From contig OX597823.1 of NCBI GenBank assembly GCA_951406725.2, positions 49,910,001-49,974,000 on the forward strand: 64,000 nucleotides of DNA, given 5' to 3'. This document shows, piece by piece, positions 1 through 12,449 of the stretch. The stretch's first letter is position 1. Each line of letters starts with the position of its first letter. Origin of the DNA: Octopus vulgaris (Eukaryota). The notes under the pieces are model-generated. The model ran no database searches, had not been told where the DNA came from, and was given only the letters and a program-made list of their open reading frames with translations. The position numbers were made by a program, and so were the translations under genes.

Positions 1-244
1 AAAAAAGAACAATAGCATTACTTTTGAGAGAATAATGGTGAATGCTAAAAGGTTAATCAACCTGTGGGATACAAAACAAACTTGGTTATCACCGAGATTT
101 GAACTAACAACAGTGAGATATTGGTCTGGATATTGTAAAACTTCCTGTTTAGCATTTTAGTCTCTTTGCCAAACCTAGTAGTAGTGGTGGTAATCTCTTG
201 TGACACTGTTGACACTAATATGTATGGAGGAAATAGTATTATTG

Positions 245-450
245 GGGGAGCTGCTTGGCAGTCTCTCTACTTGTTAGAAGAAGCAACCAGATATTCTATT
301 AATCAATGCCTAGTTTAAAAAAAAAAACACAAAGGAGTCATATTGCATAATGTAGTCCTAGATATTTCTAAAAAGACGGGTATGATCACTGCCGAGATAT
401 CTTCATTGACCCTTGCTCTGTTTCAATCAGGAATGACCTTGGACTAAACA
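245..450 (+). repeat. Dispersed repeat family D (CTAGAAATAGCAGCCAAATC..TAATGTAGTCCTAGATA..CTAAACAAC)
   Basis: Related copies lie at about 8840-8990, 11440-11730, 26925-27085, 27490-27660, 47190-47385, 58650-58880 and 61490-61690 (-). It is probably a retroposon 3' end. Confidence 0.55.
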
Positions 451-1364
451 GTGGGTAGTTATTTTATTAACCATTGCTATATGAAATGCAAAATCAAACC
501 CACAATATTTAAAGTCAAATCTGTTAGGTTTTGAGTGCAATAAATGCAAATCATCTCCACTGTGTCTCAAACTCGGCACTAATTTCAGTTCTTTATTACT
601 AATTTACTAACTATAGTTAACTCCACCCTTTGCTTAACAATTACAGTAATGATTTCTAGGTACAAGACCAGAAATATTTCAGGAGTCAGTGGTGATGTAA
701 TTGCTTCCAGTTGATTAAGTTCACTCAAACAGAATGTGAATGGATATACCTCAGTGCCTTATTTAGTTCATTTTTTTTTACATATGTACATAGTATATGT
801 AAAAAAAAAATGCAAGAAAAGGTGTTTGTGATAATCATATTGTTTCAAAGAGTCTAACGGATTCTGTGAAGTGAAAGTTTTTTTTTTTTGAGAAAACTAG
901 TGGACTATTATTTGACTTGCAACCCCTGTTGGAAAATGTAAGTTCTTCCCATTGAAAAATCCCATTTCTAAGTTATTGTTGATGCTCACATTATTCACTA
1001 AATTTGCAGAACGAATATGTAAATGTTTGATTGATTATATTCTCCAGCTAACACAAAGCAGGTGTGAGCAGGTCAATCATCACTTGACATAAACTGCAAG
1101 TTCAAAATGATCATCAGATAAACGTGTTACTCAAGAATAATGACATCATCTTTTCAGCATTGATGCTGTTCTGTCTTTGTGTCTGTTCATTGATACCTAG
1201 AAGATCCTCAAACAAATATTTTCCCTAAATTGTTTCATTTCCACATTTTATGTTTGCTTTCTCTATATTTGCATGGATTTGACTGACTACTCTTCTGGAA
1301 ACCAGCTTTTCAATTAAAATACTTTATTCCACATCTTTGCATAACAAACCATCAGCATAATATA

Positions 1365-1414
<50 letters not shown>

Positions 1415-1845
1415 GTGAATCATAAACAAATGTCCAACTATACTCCTTCTTCTTGACTCCAATTTCTTCAATTTTATATTCACACACAATGAATGCCCAA
1501 ATTTAAACTAGGAAGTATATAATGAAACTACCAATACTATTGGGTAGTTCTGAAGGTGGACGAGCTCTATACTGTACTCTACCATGTTATATTCCTAACA
1601 GAATCTATAGTAGAATTAGAAAAGAAATTCCAGGTATAGAAGCAAAACCTGGAATCAAAGAACCAAGGTTCGAGTAAGCAGGATAATGGGTCCTATTTGA
1701 TATGTACAGGCGTTGGCAGAAATTCAGTGTAGTGTACCCAGTGCCGACTGAGGACATGTAAAGGTGTAATGGGATCACAAGAAGGTTATCAGAGTAAGCA
1801 GACTTTATGTGGCAGATGTACTGGAGCAATATACAATGACACATG

Positions 1846-2460
1846 GAAAATTTTCTTGAATTCCTTGGAGAATTCTTAGAGGTACTAGATAGTTTTTGTT
1901 ATCTAGGTGATCAAATTAGCAATGGAGGAAGGTGTTCTGAGAGTATAATCACTTGAATAAGAATCGGCTAAGGAAAGTTTAGGGAGTTTTTACCTGTGTC
2001 GTTAACAAAATTTCTCTCTCAAAGTGAAAGGCAGATTGTATGATGCTTTTGTATGAATAACAGACAGTGCTATATGATTGTGAAGCATGGGCCATGAATG
2101 CAGATGTTATGTGAAGCCTAGAAAGAAATGAAATTAGCATGCTTCATTGCATGTGCAACATCACTGTGCATGAATGACAAGTTGCAAATATTTTCAGAGA
2201 AAAATTGGACATAAAAAGCATCAGATGTTGTATGCATGAGAGAAGACTGCATTGGTATGGTCAGGTGATGAGTATGTTTGAGGAGAGTTGTATAAAAGTG
2301 TTGGTCACTAAATGTGGATGGAATCTGTGGAAGAGGAGAGACCCAGGCAGACATGGGATGAAGTAATGAAGAATGAGCTTGATGGGGAGATGATTGGTGA
2401 TTTGCTATACTCAAGAAGACTTGTCCATCTCAGCAAAAAAGGAAGCACTAAAAGCCATTT
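1846..2460 (+). mobile_element. Decayed RTE-clade LINE, C-terminal RT region
   Basis: It translates with stops and frameshifts as LEVLDSFCYLGDQISNGG..GKFREFLP..SLKVKGRLYDA..VLYDCEAWAM..LERNEISMLHCMC. Confidence 0.8.
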
Positions 2461-2587
2461 ATGTCTATGCCTCTGCACCTAACCTGTCTCTGATGACTCT
2501 TTTCTCCCCGACTCATCTTCCTAACATCCATCCCTTCATCACTTTTGAATGCAGCACTATTCATTCAGTTGTAATTATATGAAAGTG

Positions 2588-2888
2588 GAGGCACATGGCC
2601 TAGTGGTTAGAGCAGCAGACTCGTGGTCGAGGGATCGTGGGTTCGAATCTCAGACCGGGTGATGTGTGTGTTTATGAGCAAAAACACCTAAGCTCCACGC
2701 GGCTCCGGCAGAAGGTAATGGCGAACTTCTGCTGACTCTTTCGCCACAACTTCTCTCACTCTTTCCTCCTGCATCTTGCAGCTTACCTGCGACAGACCGG
2801 CGTCCCGTCCAGGTGGAGAACCTATACGCCAAGAAACCAGTAAACGGGCCCTTATGAGCCAGGCATGGCTCGAGAAGGAACTAACAAC
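2588..2888 (+). mobile_element. Young tRNA-derived SINE with perfect 15-bp target-site duplication
   Basis: It has an A box (TGGCCTAGTGGTTAG), a B box (GGTTCGAATCT) and an (AAC)n tail. The TSD AATTATATGAAAGTG lies at 2573-2587 and 2889-2903. Confidence 0.9.
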
Positions 2889-3404
2889 AATTATATGAAA
2901 GTGTAACTGCACATATTTCTTTCTCCTTTTGTGCTACCAGTTTTCACTCTTGCTGAAACCACTTTCATCACCCATATTCTCTTAATCATCCCATAGCAGC
3001 TTATTTTCTACTGAACACCTTTTCAATCAGTTTCCACTGTTAACCCCCTCATTCTGCCAATGACAGCCCCACTACCTTGATCCATCACTCACTAGTTCTA
3101 CCTCTACATTGCTTTGACCTTGTCCTTGGCACTATGAAGCTCACTCACAACCTAACCACCCACCCTATCCAATCCTCTTATCTTATATCCACCGTTGTGT
3201 AACTTGAGAGTATGCTCTGATACCTCACTATAGCCATCTTTCTTTCTCCAGTTTGGATAACCATATATCTTCTCTACAACAAACATTGTTTTCTGTCCCT
3301 GTATTATACTTGAAACTCTCATCACCTAGCATAAAGCCACCTCCCTCGATACTTTACTCCACAACTCAGTCGAGGGATCTTGTCTTGCAAGCTGCTTGGT
3401 GACC

Positions 3405-3590
3405 TCACTAGTGCTAGTGCCACAGAAAAGGCACAGAGCACACTCTGTAAAGTGATTAGTGTTAGGAAGGGCATCTGGTCATAAAAACTATACCAGAGCT
3501 GACACTGGAGCTTGACACAGTCCTTCGGTTTGATCATTTCTGTTGAACCATCTGACACATGTTAGCATGGAAAGATGTTAAATGATGATA
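3405..3590 (+). mobile_element. RTE-type 3' tail repeat (GTTAGGAAGGGCATCC...CCATGCCAGCATGGAAAA..GTTAAATGATGATG)
   Basis: The same tail recurs at about 7325-7690, 17010-17170 (-), 19282-19465, 23142-23327, 27092-27235 (-), 41922-42100 (-), 48525-48660 (-), 51130-51370 (-), 60119-60277 and 62343-62560 (-). Confidence 0.7.
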
Positions 3591-3736
3591 TTATGAATGT
3601 CTGTATGGTTAAGTTTTCTTCTCAACTATGTGGTTTCAGGTTCAGTCCCACTGCATGGTACCTTGAGCTAACCAAAATCTTGTGAGTGCATTTGGTAGAT
3701 AGATATAGAAAAGAGCACATTGTGTGCATGTATATA

Positions 3737-4597
3737 TGAAAGTGGTATCAAAAAGTTCCCAGGTTAGTTCTATATTGTGCCAACAGATGGCAGCACATGG
3801 CTGCATACGCAGTGCGAGCTAGCAGTGACCTTCATGAAGCAGTATACCGAGTGACATTGCTGTGTTTACTTTGTAAGTTGTGAAATTTGTGTTTTTGTGA
3901 TAATGTGTATGCTGTAACCTGTGATTTTGTTAAGAACAGGAAGTTGAAAGAAAAGGCCAATGTGAAATTTTGCGTTAAAACTTGGGTAGTCTGCTGCAAA
4001 GACATTGAACATGCTTCGACAAGCTTATAGCAACAATGTTTTGAGTGGCACAAGCACTTCAAAAGCAGAGAACATCCCTGGAAGACCTGCCTTGAGTGTC
4101 ACCTGTGTAAATCTGGTATCATGCATCAAGAATTTGTCCCCCCGGTTCAGACCATCAGTCGAGAGTTCTACTGTGACATTTTAAAGCATATGAGGGAGGA
4201 TATTCAGCAAAAGTGACTGGATCTGTGAAGTGCAGAGAATTGAGTTCTTCACTCAGCTCTCATCACTCGTGATTTCTCACCAAAAACATGGTATCACTTC
4301 AGCACCTGCCCTGTTCACCAGATTTAGCACCTGCAGACTTCCATCTCTTTCCCAACATCAAAATACAGCTCAAAGGTCAGTGTTTTAACACCGTTGTTGA
4401 GATCCAGAGCAAAGTGCAGAAGGTCCTCAACACACGGAAAACAACTTCCAGACTGGATTCCAAAAGAGGCAGGAATGCTGGGACCAGTGTATTGCTGCAC
4501 AAGGTGACTATTCCAGAGGAGATGATGTTAAAACTTAGGTAAATAAATAATTTCTTATCAAAAATAACTAGTCCCGGAACTTTTTGATACCACCTCG
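3737..4597 (+). mobile_element. Internally deleted mariner DNA transposon
   Basis: The TIRs GTGGTATCAAAAAGTTCC and GGAACTTTTTGATACCAC are flanked by TA. Transposase remnants include ANVKFCVKLG, HQEFVPPVQTISREFYCDILK and HLPCSPDLAPADFHLFP (the YSPDLAP motif). Confidence 0.9.
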
Positions 4598-4937
4598 TAT
4601 AATTATATGTATACACACACATGCAGATATTTTTATACATATGTATATATATATATATTTATATGTATGTGTACATATATGTGCATGTGTGTTTATAAAT
4701 ACAAAATGCATGTATGTGTGTATCTATGCATGTGTCTGTGTTTACAATTGCACTTCTCAGAAAACCACTGAGCTATGCTCAATGATGTTGTTTGGAAGTT
4801 GATCTCCTTTGCTTGAGAGATAATTATGGGTTAACGAGAGGAAAGCATCCATCTGTAAAACTGTGCCTCAGTAATATATTTTCATCTAACCCATGCTAGC
4901 ATGAAAGAAAATGGTCATAGAAATGGGGGCACACACA

Positions 4938-5102
4938 CTTTTTTCCTCCGTCTTCCCTTCTCTGGATCTTTCCTTTTCCTATGTTTCTGACGAAGAGCTC
5001 CGCTCGAAACGTAAAACCCTCCTTCCCTTCTTTCCTGAGTGTCCAATAATACTATATTTGTTCCATGTCCTCGCGTTGTGTTTTCATGTTTGGATTAACT
5101 TT
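4938..5102 (+). mobile_element. Short PLE-derived (pLTR-like) element carrying a hammerhead
   Basis: A pyrimidine-rich leader is followed by the hammerhead and a TTCCTGAG..TAATAC tail. It sits between (CA)n and (TA)n and shares its layout with the copies at 14580, 16020, 23806 and 37697. Confidence 0.7.
4983..5017 (+). ncRNA. Minimal type I hammerhead ribozyme, canonical core
   Basis: The sequence reads GTTT-CTGACGA-A-GAGC(TCC)GCTC-GAAA-CGT-A-AAAC. Helix I is GTTT/AAAC, helix II is GAGC/GCTC and helix III is the palindrome ACGT. The GUA cleavage triplet ends at 5013. Confidence 0.8.
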
Positions 5103-5329
5103 ATATATATATATATCATAGACACTTGACCAAATTTACTAGTTGTTCAGTGGGTAAGGCAATATAAACAAGTAGTTATCCTAGGGTCCCTATTGCTCAA
5201 ATGTTCAATTTATCCTTATTTGAGAGATGATTTAACTCTTTTTATTTTATTTGAATTTTGTCTTCCTCATCGCAGACTAAATGTGTCAATGGAGCAAAGT
5301 TCCAAACCAATGAAAAGTGACATAGCAAC

Positions 5330-6360
5330 TAAAATACAGGTCTGGGAAGAATGGAAGAAATAAGAGAGCAAAGAATAACATCAGATTGCTAAAAGAGAAG
5401 CTAGATGTCAGGTGTACTCAGCAACATGAGAAGTGGAAAGTGAAAGGTTTCTCAATGTTGTGTGACATGAGGACAGGGTAGTGGGTATTCTAAATTGCAA
5501 AGCAGTGTGGATGTAATGATAGCAGTGCACTTGCTGTCACTGATGCTAAGAGAAGAGGGGCAGAGGTGACTGAATGTGGAGAATATGTGTGTGAATGAAG
5601 GAACTACCCTAAGTTAACTCAATAGAGGGACCAGCTGCTAAGTTGGCAGCTGTAGTACATAACATTTGTTGATTTGGAGAAGCCTTTGGTAGAATACCCT
5701 GCTCTGTAGTCTGGTGGTTACTAAGAAAACTAAGTGTAAATGAATGGCTTGTAGCAGTAAGGTGAGAGATAACAATAGGTTGAACAAGAAATTTATTGTG
5801 CTGGTAGGTGTCCAACAGGGCTTGGTTCTCCACCCTATTCTCTTTAATACTGTTTCCAGGCTATAATAGCAGAGTTTGAAGACTGGCTACGTATGTGAAC
5901 ATCTGTATGCTGATAACCTAGTTCTGAATCAACCAATGTATTTAAAAAAAAAAATCTGAACATGGAAGCAAAGCCTGGAATCAAAAAGTATACTTCTAAA
6001 CACAAAAGTTTTTATCAGTAGGAAAGCAAACAAGAATCTACTACTATATGGGAAGTGGCTACGCTCTATATATGGAAAAAGTGAATCCTATAGTGTACTC
6101 TGTGAACTATGGGTGCATAGTTTAGTGGAGTCGGATCACAGGCAAATAGACTGAAGAAGGCCATTATAGCAGATGCACAACAGTAGTTGTAAGAGAATTC
6201 TTAATATAAGTTCTTTCAAATGTTTGAAATGTTCTCTTAGAATAGCTGTTTAACTTTCGATACCCAGGAGATCTAATTAACAATGGAAAAGGGTTTTTTG
6301 AAAGTGTAGTATCCAGAGTGAGAGCGGAGTGGGAAAAATCCCAGGAAACTATTATCTATA
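5330..6360 (+). mobile_element. Highly decayed RTE-clade LINE RT fragment
   Basis: It has degenerate GVQQGLVLHPILF (about 5808) and EHLYADNL (about 5897) motifs, and its 3' part resembles 1846-2000. Confidence 0.6.
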
Positions 6361-7894
6361 ATGATGATGATAGATGCCAAGATTCAATAAAGCAACATAA
6401 CTGAGCCTTCATTCAATATAGACCTGTCTTGCCAACCAGGTCCTGAAATGTAAGGCTATCAAATTTTTGTTTGTTAATCTTTGTCCTTCTGCCATCGACT
6501 CATACCTTCAGTTGCTACATGGATTTATGATGTATTTAATGTCATAATGATGATGAGGATGATGTCATTTACATAAACAACCACTACCTGTTTAAGCTGC
6601 CCCACATCAAGGATGATGTCTCTCAGAATTTAGTTTCTAAATGACAAGCCTCTTCAATAACAACTTTTGACACATTCGAAATCTACTTAATACTACAAGT
6701 TTCAGTTTGGTTGCAAAGTAATTTATGACTATACAAGTAATCTTAAGCTCTGTTTTCAGTTGGTTTATTTTACTCTATTTTGCTTATAATTGTGATAATT
6801 ATAGTAAATAAGCATTTCACCAATAGGTTGGGTGTTTCTACAGATATTACTGTTTTGATTTATATTTTTACCCTACACCCTAATGAGACCTAACTTCAAC
6901 TTAAAGGAGGTCAAAAAAGAAAAAAAATGTTAAACAAAAGGAAGGCTGAGAGCAAAGCACCAGCTGTAGCTGTTAGAAATGTAATGCGAGTTTTATCGAG
7001 AGCAGGAAAATGCTAATAATATCAATAATTTTCTAATTTAGGCTCAAGGCTGGCAAATTTGTGAAATAGGAGTTAGTTGATTACATTGACCCAATATTTG
7101 GCTGCTTTTTTTTTATCACACAAAGACACTACAAGCTTCTCACTCACAGGGCCATGGTTGGCTTGGGGCTGTTAGTAGGAAAGGATTGCTCATGGTGCCA
7201 CACAATGGACACACCATAATTTATATGCATTCTTAGTATTGTTTATATACACTCAAAATATTGCATGTATTATCCCATATTAAATATTATGTTATTCTGT
7301 GCTGGGGTTGTGTAAAAAAACACTGAGCACACCCTCTAAAGTGGATGCATTAGGAAGGGCAGTGGGCTGTAGAAACCTTGCCAAAATAGGTAATCGATCT
7401 ATGTGGTGAGGGAGCTTGCTTCCTAGCTATATGGTTTCGGGTTCAGTCCCACTGTGTGGCACTTTGGGTAGATGTCTTCTACTATAGCCCCGAGCCAACC
7501 GAAGCTTTGTGATTGAATTCGGTAGGTGGAAGTTACTGCCGTGTGTATTTTTGTGCGTATAGCTGCTCAGTGCCTCTCCGAAAGAGAGAGAGAGAGGGGA
7601 TCCTGGTATGGCTCCTAGCCTTGACAGCTCCTATCAAACCACTCAACCCACGTCAGCATAGAAAATGGATGTTAAATGATGATGATGGTGATGAAAGAAT
7701 GAGTCAAAGTTGAACTGGATGGAATATGGATTCAGAATGTTACGGACTGTAACTAATGAGCTGAATAATCAATTACCAATGATTTGTATAGTGTGCTACA
7801 AGGACAATACATATATAATTCAAGATGTAAAAACATTTGGGTGTTTACATAGACAATCATAATTTGCAAAATGCATATTATGTATATATCTCTT

Positions 7895-8104
7895 ATTTTT
7901 TACTTGTTTCAGTCATAAGTCTGCAGTCATGCTGGGGCTCTGCCATGAAGAATTTTTAGTTGAACAAATCAACTCCTGTTCATTTTTTAAGCCTGGTACT
8001 TTTTCTCTTGGTCTCTTTTTGCCGAACTGCTAAGTTACGGGGTCGTAAACACACCAACATCAGTTGTCAGGCAGTAGTAGGGAATAAGCACACTCTCTCT
8101 CTCG

Positions 8105-8150
<46 letters not shown>

Positions 8151-8315
8151 TGTATACAATATATATATTTCAGTTTCTGTCTCCAGAATCCACCCACAAG
8201 GCTTTGGTTGGCCTGAGGCTATAATAGACATTTGACCAAGGTGCCACACAGTGGGACTGAACCTGGAACCATATGGTTGGGAAGCAAATTTCGTATCACA
8301 CTGCCATGCCTGCAT
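7895..8315 (-). mobile_element. Abundant tRNA-derived CORE-like SINE, family A
   Basis: It is homologous to the best copy at 24099-24500 and has an internal (CA)n tract. Confidence 0.8.
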
Positions 8316-9042
8316 CCATTTATGCATAATTTGAACAGATTTGCATATGCAAATGCCACACTTTTTTTCATCTAGACAATATGTGTGTGTGTGTGTGTGT
8401 GCAGTTTGCTTTATTACTGCATATTCTCTAGTTGTATTCTCTCTGCAGAGTCTTGGACTAGTGTCTGCCATGGTAGCTTCAGGAGACCAATGCTTTGAGA
8501 GTGGATATGGTAAACTGAAACAGCATGGAAACCTGCCGTATGTTCATGCACATGTGTATTTAGGTAGCTGTTTGCATTCTGTGCATCACACACAAATGTT
8601 TAGCTAAAAAATGGTGTTACTTGTGACTTGCTTTGTCAACAAAATCATCATCTAGCTCTGTACTTTTGAAGACAAGTAGGATATAAAATCCTACTATAAA
8701 AGTAGGATAAACATGTATTAGTGACAGAAAGAGCACCCGACTATAAATCACCTTAGTAATGTTTGTTCAACCTGTGCTAGTATGAAAAGAAAATTGTATG
8801 TAAAACAAGCAAATGATATATACACAGTCAAAACCAAACAAAGGAGCCTTTATGTGGTCACTCAAACTGCTAGGAATAGTAGCCAATTTTCTTCAAATGA
8901 CATGGAGCCTTTAAAAAGGAAGGTCATGTTGACCTGTGTAATTCAGGATATACAAGATAAAGTAGTCTTTGAATTAGCTTTACTCATTGGTCAGAAGCTG
9001 AAAGAAATCTTTTGTATGTATATAGTTTATTACTGTAATATG

Positions 9043-9046
<4 letters not shown>

Positions 9047-9114
<68 letters not shown>

Positions 9115-9116
9115 TG

Positions 9117-9147
<31 letters not shown>

Positions 9148-9165
9148 GCGCGTGCACACACACAC
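9047..9165. repeat. Compound (TA)n/(CA)n microsatellite
   Basis: It is read directly from the sequence and is one of many such tracts (for example 1360-1414, 20498-20575, 45751-45790, 55689-55763). Confidence 0.95.
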
Positions 9166-9178
9166 GTGATTATAAATA

Positions 9179-9514
9179 TGTTATGAGTATTATAGGATAA
9201 AATCCTATATAACAGTTAAAAAACAGAGAAGAGATGATGTTAAAAGTTTTTATAAATTTTTAATCCATTCGATTGTTTTGAATGATAATATTGATATGCA
9301 AGAAAACATTTTATTAGATTAATTTAGTTTAATAATTATTTTAATTATTTTTATAATTAATCTAATATTTTCCTTGTTTTCTTGCGTGTCAGCATTATCA
9401 TTCGAGAGAATCGTATGGATTAAAAATTCATTAAAACTTTTAACATATTCTCTTCTCCATTTTTAAACTATTAGTTGGGTTTATATAGGATTTTATCCTA
9501 TAATACTCATAACA
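9179..9514. repeat. Long fold-back inverted repeat
   Basis: The first 34 nt (TGTTATGAGTATTATAGGATAAAATCCTATATAA) are the exact reverse complement of the last 34 nt. Imperfect pairing continues to the centre at about 9340. Confidence 0.9.
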
Positions 9515-10424
9515 CATTTTTAATTGTCATATTTTCATATTTCAAATACTTGCAATAGCAAGTTACTATTTTGATATGAAGAATCTTTATTAGAAATCTA
9601 ACTTTTTGGAACCCCCAAAACATTCAAAATTGTTCTACTTGAACTAATTTTTCTCACACACACACACACACATATGTATGTATATATATAGCTTCGTTAT
9701 GCATTGTAACTGCTGAATCATATTGGTAATTCAGGTACTACCTATTTAAGTAAAAGTTTAAAGAATTGACTGCTTCATTGCTATGCAATATATGTTTTAA
9801 AATGAAAATTGTGTATTGTTTCCGGAAGAGATTTTTCTTTTTTTAATTGTTTAGACAAGAGCCTCTGACACTAGTTGGGAAAAGGGGATTAGATACCATG
9901 ATTCAAATGTGGGGTGTCCTCAGACTAAATGCTTGCAACAGAATGAACTACTAAAGACACACCAAGCTTCATGTAGTTGTCTTGTTAAGTGACAGATTAA
10001 GTTTGCCACCTGAAATGGCTGTATTGAAGTAAATGACCATTTCTTGCATAGGTGTGAAGTCCTATTGAAATGAGCAATGAAAATTATATATGGATAAATG
10101 TTAGCAATTTATGAGCTTTTGATATCCAGTTTTCATTTATTTAGTCATTTGATGAAGTACTGCATGGATTAGTTGATTTAGTTTGAGCTTTTAAACTATG
10201 TGAATCAACTAATTAATCCTTCTGGATGCTGTGCAATGAAAGTGTACATCATATATTCATTAAAACAGCTGCTCGTTGTCACAAAGTCTCATAGAACAAT
10301 AGCTGTATTGATTTTTCTTAGGGTTTTATTTTTGCTAGGCACAAAGGTGTTCCTTTTAATCCCTATAAAACATTAATTTAAAACAGTTTAGGATATAATC
10401 ATATGAATTGACCCAACAACATTA

Positions 10425-10629
10425 CTGTATTTTCTGGTATGCAAGTCAATGTAGCACATGATATAAACATGTAGTGTTAAATATTCAGACATCATCACTT
10501 TCTTTCCAAATCCTGCTGTATTTCACATTGACTTTTTGGTTCTCCAAAGTTGTCTTGGTGTATAAGTCAACCTACCATTTTTGGCTGTAAATTTTGGCCT
10601 GAAAAATTCAACTTGTATGGAAAATACAG
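10425..10629. mobile_element. TA-flanked MITE (Tc1/mariner/pogo superfamily)
   Basis: The termini read TA-CTGTATTTT...AAAATACAG-TA. A second copy lies at about 19045-19225. Confidence 0.6.
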
Positions 10630-11726
10630 TACTGGTGAAATTTTCTTGTACTAGCCAGATAAAAGCAAATGTAACTGCAATGGAATTTGAACTCTGAGCA
10701 TAGGGAAAAGAAAACTAATTAGGTTAAATTATCTGGCCTGGTTCTCTTAGCATTTATGAAATATTGAAGTTGTGTGTGTGTGTGTGAGATAATTTAATGT
10801 TTTAAGTGGTTTCACTACTTCTGTTCCTTAAATGTTCCACTTTTAGCATCTGACTCACCTGTTTCTGTTGTTTGAATTGTCTCATTTAAGAATGAGAGAT
10901 TCTTTGGGGTTTGAATAAATGTAACAGAAGCAAAGTTTGAAGGAAATACTGGCCATTTTTCATACTTTTTTGGGGTGAGTAAATAGGAAATAACAATTGC
11001 CACACAAGGAAAAAAAAATCATGTTACACTGTTATAATTCCATTCATTTTAGTCTTAATCTCTTCTATTGTAATAAGGAATGTGGATTGACCCTCTGCTT
11101 GACTGGCACTTTCAGCTCTGAGAGGATGCAAGGTAAAGTTGACCTCAGTAGAATTTGAACTCAGAGCATATAGGATTGTAACTAAATACAGCAAGACACT
11201 TTCTCTGATACTCTAGCAATCCTGCCAAATCATCATTGCCTCTAGTTTTGAAATGTTTCATTCCTGAACATGAATAGCCAATAAATTGAAGGAAGTGGCC
11301 TGCTTTAGCCAGCACAATTTTGAAGACTGATGTTACTTCTTGATTAAAATAGACTATTGACATTGTTTTTTGCTTAAGTAAAATGTTTTGTATTTATGCA
11401 TTAGACCACAACAAACATTTATTTGAGCTGACATAAGTCACAGTATGGTTGCTCAACTTCCTAGAAATAGCAGCCAAATCGCTATTAAAACACACCCTCC
11501 TGTTATTCTAAAAAGAAACCAGCACATTGATTAATGTTGTCTTACATTATATCTAAGTAAAATATGGGTTCATTGTATGGTTGCTCAACTTGCTAGAAAT
11601 TGTAGCCAAATTACTCTCAAACCACACCCTCCTAGGGATTTAAAAATAACAGGTATATACATTGTCCAAATAAAATACAGGAAAATCATGACTGGTTTTT
11701 ATCATAGGTCTGTTGGATCCTGAAGT

Positions 11727-11952
11727 TAACCCCTTAACATTCTGATCACTGTCAAATGTAATTCTTATTTATTCATATTGTTTTGAATCAATCATGCTTT
11801 ATCTTGTAGCATCAAGATTTTGATGACCTGATTGTTTATTTCTAGATTGACATTGTTGGGTAGGGTGTGAGAGGCTGGATTTACTTGGTTCAGACATATA
11901 ACAGGTAGAATATTTGAGCTGGATATGATCAATTTATGTGCCAAAAGGTTCA
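11727..11952 (+). mobile_element. piggyBac-type MITE (TTAA-CCCTTTAGCATT...AATGCTAAAGGG-TTAA consensus)
   Basis: This is a multi-copy family of about 220 bp, also at about 26279-26490, 30795-31005, 35243-35457, 40728-40950, 51380-51495 (-) and 59945-60313 (-). Confidence 0.75.
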
Positions 11953-12449
11953 ACAATAATAATATCATGTAATCTTTTGGTTCTGCGCATCACACAACTT
12001 CCCTTATGTGAAGCTATAAGGATAAATTAATGTATAGGAAATATTTCCACTGACATTCTAAACTAAAAACGGAGATACACTGTTAAAAGCGATATTTCAT
12101 TGATAGTTTCATTTAGGATAAACAAAGAATTTCCATTCATTCCATGCATTGTTGTAAGTAATGAAAGCAAATGTGATGGTTGTGTTTACAACAGATTGAG
12201 TTACTAACAAATTTAATTTGTATGCTATTTAACCAATGAGTGTGCTATAAATTGTCTTATTTAAGGCAGGCTGTCTGTGGTACATCTAGTAAGTAGCCTA
12301 ATTGTATTGACATGACAAGCATGTTGGGAAGGGTGGTTTCTGTCTGTAGCACTATTTACTGTTTTATCTTTTAATACTTGTTTCAGTCATTGGTCTGGAG
12401 CCATGCTGGAGCACCACCTTGAAAGGCTTGAATTGGCCCCACTATACAT

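Noticed and set aside
2588-2662. tRNA-like sequence with A and B boxes
   Set aside because: It is the head of a SINE (body, tail and TSD follow), not a tRNA gene. The same applies to the heads at 31601 and 62896.
8782-9186. 134-aa ORF, and many similar ORFs with YIYI/HTHT/CVCV/LSLS runs
   Set aside because: They are kept open by stop-poor dinucleotide microsatellites and SINE sequence and are not genes.
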